From Porphyromonadaceae bacterium UBA7555 (GTDB lineage Bacteria; Bacteroidota; Bacteroidia; Bacteroidales; Muribaculaceae), in contig DLLT01000008.1 of assembly GCA_002478045.1 (NCBI GenBank), forward strand, positions 1,803 through 65,802: DNA of 64,000 nt, in the 5' to 3' direction. The notes under the pieces are model-generated. The model saw nothing but the letters and a program-made list of their open reading frames with translations, was not told the origin of the DNA and searched no databases. Within the stretch, counting starts at the first letter, position 1; each line of letters opens with the position of its first letter. A program made the translations under genes and the position numbers. Below, piece by piece: positions 8,703 through 18,354 of this stretch.

Positions 8703-9439
8703 TGGTCGAAATTGTATCGTAGTATTGTGTAAAGCCCGAGGCTTACGAGGTGTGGGTGCGTAATCGGTTGGAACGGCAAGTGTCGTAATATCATCGGCGC
8801 TTGGCCGCCGGTGATAACGATATGAGCGTCTGCGCCGGCGCAATTGCGGTAGTGCAGGATCTCGCCCACGACACCTTCGAGAGCTCCGGCACGCAGAGCT
8901 GAGGCTGTATCCGTGCCCCATAACGGCACTTCGGTTGTATCATCGATGGTTACCAGAGGAAGACGGGCCGTGAAGTGGTTGAGTGCACGCAGACGCATAT
9001 CAAGACCCGGGGCGATATTGCCGCCGCGGTATATGCCGTCGGCGCTGACGATGTCGTAGGTGATGGCCGTGCCGATATCTATGACCAGAATGTCGCGATT
9101 GTCGCTGCACAGGCTGTAGGCGCCTATGGCGGCGGCTACACGGTCCAGCCCCAGAGTGCGTGGCGTGGCATATGCTATGCGTACCGGCATCGGTGTGTCC
9201 ACAGACATTTCTACGAAGTGCGGCGTCAGCGTGTTCAGGGCTTCGATGGTCGGAAGATCGCGTCCGCTTACGGTGCAGTATATTGCTGCCGATGGTTTGT
9301 GATTGCCGCAAAGCATCGTAAGGTCAGATACTTGCAGTGTGTCGAACGTCTTGCTCGCCACTATTTCGTCGTTGTCGCCATCCCAGATGTCAACTTTGAC
9401 GCACGTGTTGCCTTGGTCTATGGTCAGATAATACGCCAT
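8699..9439 (-). CDS. coaX: Type III pantothenate kinase
   Basis: Start at the ATG at 9439 (MAYYLTIDQGNTCVKV). The DxGNT phosphate-binding motif and DIGTAITYD are present. Confidence 0.85.
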   Translation of the reverse strand: MAYYLTIDQGNTCVKVDIWDGDNDEIVASKTFDTLQVSDLTMLCGNHKPSAAIYCTVSGRDLPTIEALNTLTPHFVEMSVDTPMPVRIAYATPRTLGLDRVAAAIGAYSLCSDNRDILVIDIGTAITYDIVSADGIYRGGNIAPGLDMRLRALNHFTARLPLVTIDDTTEVPLWGTDTASALRAGALEGVVGEILHYRNCAGADAHIVITGGQAPMILRHLPFQPITHPHLVSLGLYTILRYNFDQ

Positions 9440-9538
9440 AATCTCGGCAAAATTAGCATAATTCCGCCGCATTACGCATATTTTGCGGTACTTTTTAACA
9501 TTATATAAGGCCGAAACGGTCGCGTCTGCTTTGTTGCA

Positions 9539-10336
9539 TCAGTTTTCTTTCCAGACGATATGGGCGGCGCATACGCGCATGCCATCGCGTAGCAGCTCGA
9601 CATCGGAGGCTTGGAGGAGAGTGCTTGCGGGCGTTAGAAGTGTCTCTTGTTTTGTGGCGGCGATGTTGCGTGCGGCCACGGCGACAGTTTGACCATAGAG
9701 ACATTCGTGCTGGTAGATGATGTTGAGTTGCGCTATGCTGTGTGTGTCGTAGTGGCTCAGCGGCCAGGTGTCAAGCATAGTCTCGATGTAGCGTACCGAA
9801 TTGACATGACGATTGATGTCAATATCGGAGTAACGCCATGTGTACGAGGTGCGTACGTCTTCGGACGAGCATGGCGGAATGCGTCCCGGACGCGGCACGG
9901 TGATACCATCGGCTCCGATGACCAGGCTGTCCAGCCCGAGTATTGAGATGTCGGCGGGCGTGCGGTCGGCGGTATTGATGGCAGCCCAAATGGTGCGTGC
10001 TTCGCCTATGGTGTCGCCGGATTCGTCGGTGATGCGTATGCAGCGTGTGCTGTATAGGCGATTGACATCTTCTATCCAGGTGTGTAGGGCAAAGCTGTGA
10101 TTGAAGCGCGGCCAACGCTTCATATGCAGAGCCATACGCGAGAGCACCCACCCTATGCCGTGTTGCGATAGGTCGGCGTACCCGATGCCCAGGAGGTTGG
10201 CGTGCTGCGTGGCCACCTCGATGATACGCTCGGTCATCAATGCCGGGGATATGGTGCCTCCGGCGTCACACTCGGCGGCGGTGAGCATATAGTTGTGTGT
10301 CAGCCGTAGGTCTTTGTCCGTGAGTCCCTGTTTCAT
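9539..10336 (-). CDS. Acyl-ACP thioesterase
   Basis: 265 aa. Double hot-dog layout with IGWVLSR and DIDINRHVNSVRYIE, typical of the Acyl-ACP_TE family. Confidence 0.8.
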   Translation of the reverse strand: MKQGLTDKDLRLTHNYMLTAAECDAGGTISPALMTERIIEVATQHANLLGIGYADLSQHGIGWVLSRMALHMKRWPRFNHSFALHTWIEDVNRLYSTRCIRITDESGDTIGEARTIWAAINTADRTPADISILGLDSLVIGADGITVPRPGRIPPCSSEDVRTSYTWRYSDIDINRHVNSVRYIETMLDTWPLSHYDTHSIAQLNIIYQHECLYGQTVAVAARNIAATKQETLLTPASTLLQASDVELLRDGMRVCAAHIVWKEN

Positions 10337-10399
10337 GTGCCTATATATTGGTTTGCGTTGTGTATGTGAGCCGTTTTTGGCGGCTATGGTTGCGGCTTG

Positions 10400-11452
10400 T
10401 CAGTCGATAATGAGCATTGCGTCGCCGTAGGCGCCGAATTGGTATTTCTCGTTGATAGCCACCTTGTAGGCGTTCATAATGGTGTCGTATCCGCCGAAAG
10501 CGGCAGCCATCATCAGCATGGTGGACAGCGGCAGGTGAAAATTGGTGACCATAGCGGTGGCTACGGTGAAGTCATATGGTGGGAATATGAATTTATTGGT
10601 CCAGCCTTCGTAGACTTTCATGTGTCCGCCCAAGGTGACGGCGCTGCATATTCCGCGGAGTACTGAAGCACCGACGGCGCAGACCTGTTTGCCGGCGTCC
10701 TTGACGCGGTTGACGTGATCTACCAGCGACTGCGGCGCAAACATCTGTTCGCTGTCCATACGGTGCTTGGTGAGGTCTTCGACGTCGATATCGCGGAATG
10801 TCCCCAGGCCGCAGTGTACGGTCAGATAATCGGTTTCGACGCCTTTGATTTCGAGGCGTTTGAGCAGTTCGCGGCTGAAGTGCATGCCGGCGGCGGGAGC
10901 CACTACGGCACCTTCTTTTCTTGCAAAGATGGTCTGGTAGCGCTCGGCGTCTTCGGGCTCGGGCTCGCGTTTGATATAGTCGGGCAGGGGCGTCATGCCG
11001 AGGTGGTAGAGTCGCTCCTTGAATTCGTCGTGTGGTGCATCGTACAGGAATCGCAGCGTACGGCCGCGTGAGGTGGTGTTGTCGATGACTTCGGCCACCA
11101 TAGACTCGTCTTCGCCGAAGTACAACTTGTTGCCTATGCGTATTTTACGTGCCGGCTCAACGAGTACGTCCCACAGTTTGTTGTCGCTGTTGAGTTCGCG
11201 CAGCAGGAACACCTCGATGCGTGCTCCTGTCTTTTCCTTGTTTCCGTACAGACGTGCCGGAAAGACCTTGGTGTCGTTGTAGAGCATCAGGTCGCCTTCA
11301 TCGAAGTAGTCAATGATGTCCTTGAATATACGATGTTCCAACTCGCCGGTTTTGCGGTGTACAACCATCAGCCGTGCTCCATCGCGGTCTTGGCTCGGGT
11401 ACTGGGCGATAAGTGACTCGGGGAGTTGGTACTTGAATTGCGAAAGTTTCAT
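10400..11452 (-). CDS. queA: S-adenosylmethionine:tRNA ribosyltransferase-isomerase
   Basis: Start at the ATG at 11452 ([19 protein letters not shown]). The sequence resembles QueA along its whole length. Confidence 0.92.
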   Translation of the reverse strand: MKLSQFKYQLPESLIAQYPSQDRDGARLMVVHRKTGELEHRIFKDIIDYFDEGDLMLYNDTKVFPARLYGNKEKTGARIEVFLLRELNSDNKLWDVLVEPARKIRIGNKLYFGEDESMVAEVIDNTTSRGRTLRFLYDAPHDEFKERLYHLGMTPLPDYIKREPEPEDAERYQTIFARKEGAVVAPAAGMHFSRELLKRLEIKGVETDYLTVHCGLGTFRDIDVEDLTKHRMDSEQMFAPQSLVDHVNRVKDAGKQVCAVGASVLRGICSAVTLGGHMKVYEGWTNKFIFPPYDFTVATAMVTNFHLPLSTMLMMAAAFGGYDTIMNAYKVAINEKYQFGAYGDAMLIID

Positions 11453-11487
11453 ACTGTATCTTGTGTTTTTTGCTTTTTGCAGTGTTT

Positions 11488-12261
11488 TCAAGCCTTGTCA
11501 TCGTGCTCTACCACGGGGCTTTGGCGTATCAGAGCCGCCATTTGATCCGGCGACAGGCACATATCGGCGGTGACGTCTCCCACCTGTGTGCGGCGCAGGG
11601 CGGTGAGGTGTGCACCCGAGTGCAGGGTCTCGCCGATGTCGCGGGCAAGGGCACGGATGTAGGTGCCTTTGCTGCATACCACGCGTATGGTGATGCTTTG
11701 CGGCGAGTACTTGAGCAGTTCGATTTCGTCGATGACCAGCAGTTTGGGTTTAAGTGCCACTTCCTCGCCTTGCCGAGCCATTTGATAGGCGCGAACGCCA
11801 TTGATTTTGCACGCCGAGAACGATGGCGGGGTCTGGCTTATGGGTCCGTGGAAGCGGCGTAGAACCTCCTCGACGGCTTCGCGGGTGATATGCTCGGTGG
11901 GGTAGGTAGCATCAATCTCGGTTTCGAGGTCGAAGGAGGGCGTGGTGGCGCCCAGTGCGATAGTGGCTATATATTCCTTGACGCCGGTCTGCAGGCTTTC
12001 TATAAGCTTGGTGGCGCGTCCGGTGCATACAATCATTACGCCGGTGGCCAGCGGGTCAAGTGTCCCGGCGTGTCCTACCTTGAACTTCTTGACGCCGAGC
12101 CGACGCATGATGGCGCCGCGCACGCGTTTCACCGCATCAAAGGAAGTCCAGCCCGGCGGTTTGTCCAGGTATATGATTTCGCCTTCCGCCCAGTCCATAG
12201 GGCGTAACGGCGTTTCGGTGTCCACAATTGCCGTAGTTTCCGTATCAGTGTTTTGCGTCAT
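11488..12261 (-). CDS. truB: tRNA pseudouridine(55) synthase
   Basis: Contains [13 protein letters not shown], which includes the catalytic Asp motif. Confidence 0.9.
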   Translation of the reverse strand: MTQNTDTETTAIVDTETPLRPMDWAEGEIIYLDKPPGWTSFDAVKRVRGAIMRRLGVKKFKVGHAGTLDPLATGVMIVCTGRATKLIESLQTGVKEYIATIALGATTPSFDLETEIDATYPTEHITREAVEEVLRRFHGPISQTPPSFSACKINGVRAYQMARQGEEVALKPKLLVIDEIELLKYSPQSITIRVVCSKGTYIRALARDIGETLHSGAHLTALRRTQVGDVTADMCLSPDQMAALIRQSPVVEHDDKA

Positions 12262-12274
12262 TCTAAAACTTGTG

Positions 12275-13111
12275 TCATCCTAAGGTGAGGCACAGAGTGC
12301 CGACGATGAGGCAGTAAAGGGCAAACCACACGAGGCGGCCGCGTTTGACCAATTCTATCATCCATTTGCAGGCAATGCATCCCGAGACGAAGGCGGCTAT
12401 GAAGCCAACGGCGAGTGCGCCGAGGCTGACGCCTCCGACCACGCCGTCTCCGCTGATGCCTTTGTATACATCCAGCAGGCCTTGGCCGAGGATGGGGATG
12501 ATTACCATAAGGAACGAGAATTTGGCTACTTTATCACGGCGGTTGCCCAGGAGGATGCCGGTGGCGATGGTGGTGCCGCTGCGGCTTAATCCGGGGATGA
12601 CTGCTACGGCTTGGGCGCATCCGATGATGAAGGCGTCAAAGTAGCCTATGGGTCGGCCCGTGGACATACTGTCGCGGACGCCGCGCCGACGTATCGAGGG
12701 TAGTGTGCGTGTGAAGTATGCAAAAGACAATAACAATGCGGTGACGCACAGGCTGATGCCTACCACACTGAGGTTGGCGCCGAAGAGCCCTTCGACTTGT
12801 TTCTTGAAGCATATACCGACGATGCCTACGGGGATGCAGGACACGAGTATTTTGCATACCAACGAGGTGTTCTCATCTCGGCGCAGGGTGAAGAACGAGC
12901 GGCACATTCCGCTGAACTCGTGCCACAGTATGACGATGGTACTCAGTACCGTAGCTACGTGTAGCGCCACATCGTATTGCATCGAGTCCGCCCCGGCCAT
13001 ATTGAGGCCCAGCAGGTCTTGGCATATTTCGAGGTGTCCGGACGAACTTATGGGTAGGTATTCGGAGAGGCCTTGTACAAGGCCCAGTATAAGCGAGTCT
13101 ATGATGTCCAT
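12275..13111 (-). CDS. uppP: Undecaprenyl-diphosphate phosphatase
   Basis: Contains GLSEYLPISSSGH and PGLSRSG, the BacA/UppP motifs. Polytopic membrane protein. Confidence 0.9.
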   Translation of the reverse strand: MDIIDSLILGLVQGLSEYLPISSSGHLEICQDLLGLNMAGADSMQYDVALHVATVLSTIVILWHEFSGMCRSFFTLRRDENTSLVCKILVSCIPVGIVGICFKKQVEGLFGANLSVVGISLCVTALLLSFAYFTRTLPSIRRRGVRDSMSTGRPIGYFDAFIIGCAQAVAVIPGLSRSGTTIATGILLGNRRDKVAKFSFLMVIIPILGQGLLDVYKGISGDGVVGGVSLGALAVGFIAAFVSGCIACKWMIELVKRGRLVWFALYCLIVGTLCLTLG

Positions 13112-13123
13112 GTGTGTGCGGGC

Positions 13124-13465
13124 TTAGTCGTTGGCTTTATCGGATTTTTTGTCTTTGGGACGAATGATAATGCCCACAGCCATAGCCACGAAGCCCAGGA
13201 AGGCAAACAGCGGTCCGATGACTATGCGGCGTGTGCTGAAGATGTCCGGGTTGAAGTTGTCGGGAGTGCTACCGCCGCCCAGCATCAGCAAAAAGCCGAG
13301 AACTATGGCTGCACCGGCGCATCCCATAATTATAAAATTGAGACGTTCCAACGGCTGATGTGCGCGGTCCTGTTTTTTTAGCTTTGTGCCCGTCTTGGCG
13401 GGCGATGCTTGTATGGGCTTGGTGGCTTTTGACGCCTTAGTGCCGGATAAATTCTTTTGCTCCAT
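13124..13465 (-). CDS. DUF3098-like small membrane protein
   Basis: 113 aa with two TM segments and a basic N-terminus. It sits between ftsX and uppP, as is typical in Bacteroidota. TAATG stop/start junction with ftsX. Confidence 0.7.
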   Translation of the reverse strand: MEQKNLSGTKASKATKPIQASPAKTGTKLKKQDRAHQPLERLNFIIMGCAGAAIVLGFLLMLGGGSTPDNFNPDIFSTRRIVIGPLFAFLGFVAMAVGIIIRPKDKKSDKAND

Positions 13466-14352
13466 TATTTTTTGAAAAGTTGGTCGTAATTCTTGTTGAG
13501 GTATCTATTGGCGGACCATGCGGCGGCAAGTCCGCATACAGCCATGCCGCACACGGCAAGGGTGGTGCATATCAGTGCGACATCGTACCAGCCGATCATA
13601 GCGGCTACGTCCGTGTCTGCATACGGCAGGTAGGCGCGTGCACCGCAGAGTATGGCCGAAGCTATGACTGCACCGAGCAGTCCGGCCATAATGCCCATAC
13701 GGACAAAGGGACGGCGTATAAACCCGCGCCGTGCACCCACCAGTTTCATAGTGTGTATGATAAACCGTCGGCCGTAAATGGCTACGCTTATTGTGTTGTT
13801 TATTAGTACAAAACTGATGAGAAGCAGCGCCAGAGCTACGGCAGCCGGCACCAACATCAGGGTATTCATATTGCGGCTGACGCTATCGGCTACGTTGCTC
13901 TGTGCAACCACGCTTTCGGCTGCCGGGTATTTCTGTGTGAGTGTGGCTGTAATCTTGGCTATCGAGTCGGCGCTGAGATATTCGGGGCGCAGTCGCACTT
14001 GTATTTCGGCGTTGTACGGATTTTCGTCCAGCAGGCTCAATGTGCTGTCCCCTATAAACTTGCTCTCCTGTGCCAGGACTTCGGCGGCGCTGACGTATCG
14101 GGCTTCGACGCTGTATGGAGCCTTGGTCAGAGCGGCACGTAGTGTCTTGACATCGTAGTCACTTGCGCCGGAGCGCACGTTCACGGTCATTGCCAGGGAT
14201 GAGCGCACAGCCTCGGTGGCGTTGCGCGCGCCCACAACGAGACATGCCATTACTCCCAAAATCAGCAGCACCAAGGCGATGCTTACCACCGAGGTCGTTT
14301 GGGATGCCAAGGTGGATATGTGGTTCGAACGTTTGGTTGTACTGTCTTTCAT
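13465..14352 (-). CDS. ftsX: Cell division permease-like protein FtsX
   Basis: 295 aa. One N-terminal TM, a periplasmic loop, and three C-terminal TMs in the FtsX-like permease pattern. Confidence 0.8.
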   Translation of the reverse strand: MKDSTTKRSNHISTLASQTTSVVSIALVLLILGVMACLVVGARNATEAVRSSLAMTVNVRSGASDYDVKTLRAALTKAPYSVEARYVSAAEVLAQESKFIGDSTLSLLDENPYNAEIQVRLRPEYLSADSIAKITATLTQKYPAAESVVAQSNVADSVSRNMNTLMLVPAAVALALLLISFVLINNTISVAIYGRRFIIHTMKLVGARRGFIRRPFVRMGIMAGLLGAVIASAILCGARAYLPYADTDVAAMIGWYDVALICTTLAVCGMAVCGLAAAWSANRYLNKNYDQLFKK

Positions 14353-14559
14353 TATCTGAATTATTCTGTCGTTGCCATATAATCGCGAGTTCGGCTTCGC
14401 ATCGTCTTGACGCCGTGTGTCCGATAGCGTTGTTCGGCCTATGTGGTAATGTCGCCGTTGATTATATAATGTGTAAGCGTATCACGGCTGCTTGTGTCGA
14501 TGCACCTCGCCCGGGGATGCAACTGCGCACGGCCTATGGCCTTTTACCGCAAAGTTCGG

Positions 14560-14592
14560 CAAAGGTAGCAAATCAGCACCCCGGTTGTCAAG
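14560..14592 (-). promoter_or_regulatory. Candidate promoter ~200 nt upstream of ftsX
   Basis: On the minus strand, CTTG (14592-14589) is followed by a 21-nt spacer and TACCTTTG (14567-14560). The -33 element is imperfect. Confidence 0.35.
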
Positions 14593-14694
14593 ACTTTAGA
14601 CGAAAAAAGCGATGCCATTTCAGATATTTTAACAGTAATTGTCCCCCTTTCGGTGACATCGTCCCATAGGACGCCGTAGGTTGCATCCAAACGG

Positions 14695-16062
14695 TCAGTC
14701 GATCACTGCCTCGGCCAGGAGTGTGGCCGAAGTGGCATTGATGACGCGCACGCGTATGGTAGCGCCGACTTTGGCTTCGGGAATGGCATCAAAGACGCAC
14801 ACCTTGTTCTGCGAGGTGCGGCCTACGCGCTGGGCGGCGCTGCGCTTGGCTGCACCCTCGACCAGGACTTCGAAGACCTTGCCTATGTCGCGGCGGTTCG
14901 AGGCCAGAGACAATTCGTTTTGCAAGGCAATCATACGGTTGAGACGCTCTATTTTGACGTCTTCGGGTATATTATCCGGCATGGTGCGGCTGGCCAGAGT
15001 GCCCGGGCGCTCGCTGTACTTAAACATAAAAGCGGAGTCAAAACCGACCTCGCGCATCAGCGAAAGTGTTTGCTCGAAGTCTTCCTCGGTCTCGCCGTGA
15101 AATCCGGTGAATAAGTCGGTGGATATGCCTGCATCGGGCATGTATCGGCGTATAGCTGCGATGCGCTCGAGATACCATTCGCGCGTGTATTTGCGATTCA
15201 TCGCCTTGAGTACGGCGTTGCTGCCGCTTTGTACGGGCAGGTGGACGTGCCGGCAGATATTGGGGTGAGCGGCCATGACCCGTAGGGTTTCGTCGCTCAT
15301 ATCCTTGGGGTGACTGGTTGTGAAGCGCACGCGCATATCGGGTGCGGCTTCGGCTACGGCGGCCAGCAGCTCGGCAAAACCGGTGACGGTGCCGTCTTCG
15401 GCGACATATCGGTACGAATTGACGTTTTGACCCAGCAGGGAAACCTCCTTGAATCCCTGACGGCGCAGGTCGGCCACTTCGGCGAGGATGCTGTCGAGGG
15501 GACGGCTGCGCTCGCGCCCGCGTGTATAGGGCACGATGCAGTACGAGCAGAAGTTGTTGCAGCCGCGCATAATGGATACAAATCCGCTGACAGCGGCTCC
15601 GCCCAGACGTATGGGCATGACGTCGCGGTATGTCTCGGTGGTGCTCAGGGTGACGTTGGCGCCGGGGTGTCCGGCGGCGGCGCCTTCGAGCAGCGCCGGC
15701 AGGTCCATATAGCTGTCCGGCCCGGCCACGATGTCTACTCCGTGGTTGTCTATCAGGTCCCGACCCGTGCGCTCGGCCATACAGCCGATGACGCCGATGA
15801 TGAGGCGACCGTGGCGGCGGCGACGCAGTGCACGCAGAGCCTCCAGACGATGCAAAATCTTTTGCTCGGCGTTGTCGCGTATCGAGCATGTGTTGAGTAG
15901 TACGGCGTCTGCTTGGTCGATGTCGTCAGTGGCGGTATATCCGGCCATGCCCACTATGGAGGCCACGACTTCGCTGTCGGCGACGTTCATTTGGCAACCA
16001 TAAGTCTCTATATATACCCGGTGCGGAGCTTCTTCCGCGGTCCGGAGCGGTGTATTTTGCAT
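14695..16062 (-). CDS. miaB: tRNA (i6A37) methylthiotransferase
   Basis: Contains YIETYGCQMN, the radical-SAM motif CNNFCSYC, and a TRAM-like C-terminus. Confidence 0.92.
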   Translation of the reverse strand: MQNTPLRTAEEAPHRVYIETYGCQMNVADSEVVASIVGMAGYTATDDIDQADAVLLNTCSIRDNAEQKILHRLEALRALRRRRHGRLIIGVIGCMAERTGRDLIDNHGVDIVAGPDSYMDLPALLEGAAAGHPGANVTLSTTETYRDVMPIRLGGAAVSGFVSIMRGCNNFCSYCIVPYTRGRERSRPLDSILAEVADLRRQGFKEVSLLGQNVNSYRYVAEDGTVTGFAELLAAVAEAAPDMRVRFTTSHPKDMSDETLRVMAAHPNICRHVHLPVQSGSNAVLKAMNRKYTREWYLERIAAIRRYMPDAGISTDLFTGFHGETEEDFEQTLSLMREVGFDSAFMFKYSERPGTLASRTMPDNIPEDVKIERLNRMIALQNELSLASNRRDIGKVFEVLVEGAAKRSAAQRVGRTSQNKVCVFDAIPEAKVGATIRVRVINATSATLLAEAVID

Positions 16063-16079
16063 ATTTTTATAGAAAAAAG

Positions 16080-16121
16080 TTTGTGCGCGTGCGCACTATT
16101 GGCTAATTTTGCGCAAAATTA
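16080..16121. promoter_or_regulatory. Palindromic bidirectional -7 region between miaB and the CoA-transferase gene
   Basis: On the plus strand, TTTG (16080-16083) is followed by a 20-nt spacer and TAATTTTG (16104-16111). That -7 box lies inside the perfect 16-bp palindrome AATTTTGCGCAAAATT (16105-16120), which also gives a minus-strand TAATTTTG (16121-16114). Confidence 0.5.
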
Positions 16122-16214
16122 CTAATTTTCCGCCGAAGTCCCACCATAGGCGAGGACCTATTGCGGCATAACAGCAGAGATAAACCATTTACATCTTTAT
16201 TACCCCCGATAACC

Positions 16215-17708
16215 ATGAGTTATAACTTCATCACGGCGCAAGAAGCCGCCGAAATGATCCACGACGGACAAACTCTGGGATTTTCAGGCTTCACTGCCCC
16301 CGGAGCTCCTAAATTCGTCACTGAGGCTCTCGCGGCACGTGCCGTAGCCGAGCATGAAGCCGGCCGTCCCTTCAAGGTAAACATTTTCACCGGAGCATCC
16401 ACTTCGGACCATGCAGACGGAGCACTTAGCCGAGCCAACGCCATCAATATGCGTGCGCCGTATCAGAATGTTCCAGACCTGCGCAAGCGTATCAATGCCC
16501 ATGACTGTCACTACTTTGACCGTCACCTCTCCGAGATGGCTCAGGAAGTGCGCTACGGTTTCTATGGCGGCATTGACTGGTGTATCATCGAAGCTGCCGA
16601 CATCACCCCCGCCGGAGAAGTCCTGCTCGGTTGTGGCTTGGGCAACGTTCCCACTTACGCCAAACTGGCCAAAAATATCATCATCGAACTTAACGAGAAG
16701 CTGCCCAAGAGCCTCTATGGTATGCACGACATCGTGCTGCTGCAAGATCCGCCTCACCGCCGCGAAATACCCATCTATGCAGCCAACGACCGCATAGGTT
16801 CGCCCATACTGAAAATAGACCCGGCCAAGGTGCGCGGCATCGTTCGTACCAACTCCTTCGACGGCGTCAAGTCTTTCACCGCTCCGGACGCCGTGTCCGA
16901 ACAAATCGGCTCGAACGTAGTCAACTTCCTTATCGGCGAATACCGTAATGGAGGCTTTCCTCCCGAATTCCTGCCCTTGCAGTCCGGCGTGGGCAATGTG
17001 GCCAATGCCGTGCTCTACAACCTGGGCGAGAGCAAGGAACTGCCTCCGTTTATGATGTATACCGAGGTGCTGCAAGACGCCGTACTCGAACTGATGAAGA
17101 AAGGCAAGTGTACCTTCGCTTCCACCTGCTCGATGACGCTGTCCGATGAAACAGAAGCCAAGCTCTTTGCCGATATGAGCTTCTTCCACGATAAGATCCT
17201 TATGCGTCCGGCCGAAATCTCCAATAATCCCGAGGTTATCCGTCGCTTAGGCGTCATTGCCATGAATACCGCTCTCGAAGTAGACATCTTCGGCAATGTC
17301 AACTCCACGCACGTGCTGGGCACCAAGATGATGAACGGTGTGGGCGGCAGCGGCGACTTCACCCGCAACGGCTATATCTCCATCTTCTCCTGCCCCTCCA
17401 TCACCAAGGGCGGCCTTATCTCCAACATTGTGCCTATGGTGGCACATGTGGACCATACCGAACACTCGGTGGACATCATCGTTACGGACCAGGGCGTAGC
17501 CGACCTGCGTCGCAAGGATCCGGTGGAACGTGCTTACGAAATCATCAACAACTGTGCACACCCCATGTATCGTCCGCTGCTGCTTGACTACCTCAAGCTG
17601 GGCAAGGGCGGTCAGACCCCGCACACCTTGGCCGCAGCATTCGCATTCCACAATGCCTTCAACGAGACAGGCGATATGCGCAATGCCGACTTCGCTCGCT
17701 ACTGCTGA
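16215..17708 (+). CDS. Acetyl-CoA hydrolase/transferase family protein (succinate/propionate CoA-transferase type)
   Basis: Start at the ATG at 16215 (MSYNFITAQEAA). Resembles the ASCT/Cat1/ScpC family, including GGSGDF. Confidence 0.88.
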   Translation: MSYNFITAQEAAEMIHDGQTLGFSGFTAPGAPKFVTEALAARAVAEHEAGRPFKVNIFTGASTSDHADGALSRANAINMRAPYQNVPDLRKRINAHDCHYFDRHLSEMAQEVRYGFYGGIDWCIIEAADITPAGEVLLGCGLGNVPTYAKLAKNIIIELNEKLPKSLYGMHDIVLLQDPPHRREIPIYAANDRIGSPILKIDPAKVRGIVRTNSFDGVKSFTAPDAVSEQIGSNVVNFLIGEYRNGGFPPEFLPLQSGVGNVANAVLYNLGESKELPPFMMYTEVLQDAVLELMKKGKCTFASTCSMTLSDETEAKLFADMSFFHDKILMRPAEISNNPEVIRRLGVIAMNTALEVDIFGNVNSTHVLGTKMMNGVGGSGDFTRNGYISIFSCPSITKGGLISNIVPMVAHVDHTEHSVDIIVTDQGVADLRRKDPVERAYEIINNCAHPMYRPLLLDYLKLGKGGQTPHTLAAAFAFHNAFNETGDMRNADFARYC

Positions 17709-17730
17709 TCCAAACACTTTTTATATAATA

Positions 17731-17768
17731 ATGAGAGGCGGCCCCGGTCGCCTCTCATTTATTATATA
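17731..17768 (+). terminator. Intrinsic terminator after the CoA-transferase gene
   Basis: A perfect 10-bp stem ATGAGAGGCG/CGCCTCTCAT with an 8-nt loop is followed by a T/A-rich run. Confidence 0.7.
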
Positions 17769-17823
17769 GTGTGTATTATATAATGTGGCGTTATTATATG
17801 GAGGTGTGTCATAATGGGAAGCC

Positions 17824-17855
17824 TTGTAGGGGCGCAACACATTGCGACCCTACAA
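17824..17855. repeat. Imperfect 14-bp inverted repeat (hairpin)
   Basis: TTGTAGGGGCGCAA-CACA-TTGCGACCCTACAA, with one mismatch. Confidence 0.7.
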
Positions 17856-17870
17856 TAATATGCTATTTTG

Positions 17871-17879
17871 CCCCCCCCC
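17871..17879. repeat. C9 homopolymer tract
   Basis: Nine consecutive C residues in the spacer upstream of the SusC-like gene. Confidence 0.9.
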
Positions 17880-18006
17880 TACAGCGCTTTCTATTGACAC
17901 ACCACCGAATGAGGTGAAAGGTCGGTCCTCGATTCGTGGCTTGGAGCATTTAGACGTCAAAAAAGTACGAACGCCGCTCATAGTGTCGCCAAAGACAATA
18001 TGTCCT

Positions 18007-18040
18007 AAAATTATGTTGTACAACATAATTTTTTTTATTT
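18007..18040 (+). terminator. Perfect 26-bp palindrome followed by a T-run (terminator-like or operator-like)
   Basis: AAAATTATGTTGTACAACATAATTTT (18007-18032) equals its own reverse complement. A T8 run covers 18029-18036. Confidence 0.4.
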
Positions 18041-18209
18041 TGGCAAAATGTCGGTATTCAGGGAATTTTTGTGTGTATTGATAGCAGTTAATATTGGTTT
18101 TTAACAGAAAAAAGCGATAGAAATATCAAAACGGCATATTTTATTGAAAATAGAAGCCCAAAAAGCGCTGTGTCAAATGTTAAAAACGAAATTTTTTTCA
18201 GTAAAAACC

Positions 18210-18239
18210 TTTATTATTAACCAAAAGTGTTTAACTTTG
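18210..18239 (+). promoter_or_regulatory. Candidate promoter of the SusC/SusD locus
   Basis: TTTA (18210-18213) is followed by an 18-nt spacer and TAACTTTG (18232-18239), about 115 nt upstream of the ATG. The -33 element is imperfect. Confidence 0.4.
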
Positions 18240-18354
18240 TGAAATCATATATGGCAGAAAATGCAGGAACTTGAAGGCTATCCAAGTCCTATGGTTCTAT
18301 CTTAAGAGTTGAATATCAATTGTTTAATTTATTTATTGTCTAATTGTTTTTAGT

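Noticed and set aside
7425-8921. Track ORFs with long N-terminal extensions: 7425-8921, 60256-61782, 39337-40296, 27419-28774, 16161-17708, 8699-9472, 10400-11491, 47665-48291, 25543-26472.
   Set aside because: The extensions overlap the preceding gene or are Arg-rich nonsense. Internal ATGs restore proper signal peptides, conserved N-termini and ATGA-type junctions, so I used the shorter coordinates.
17842-18081. 79-aa ORF in the SusC upstream spacer, and a 129-aa ORF at 38935-39324.
   Set aside because: Both have non-ATG or context-less starts, their sequences run across hairpins and terminators and low-complexity stretches, and neither has motifs.
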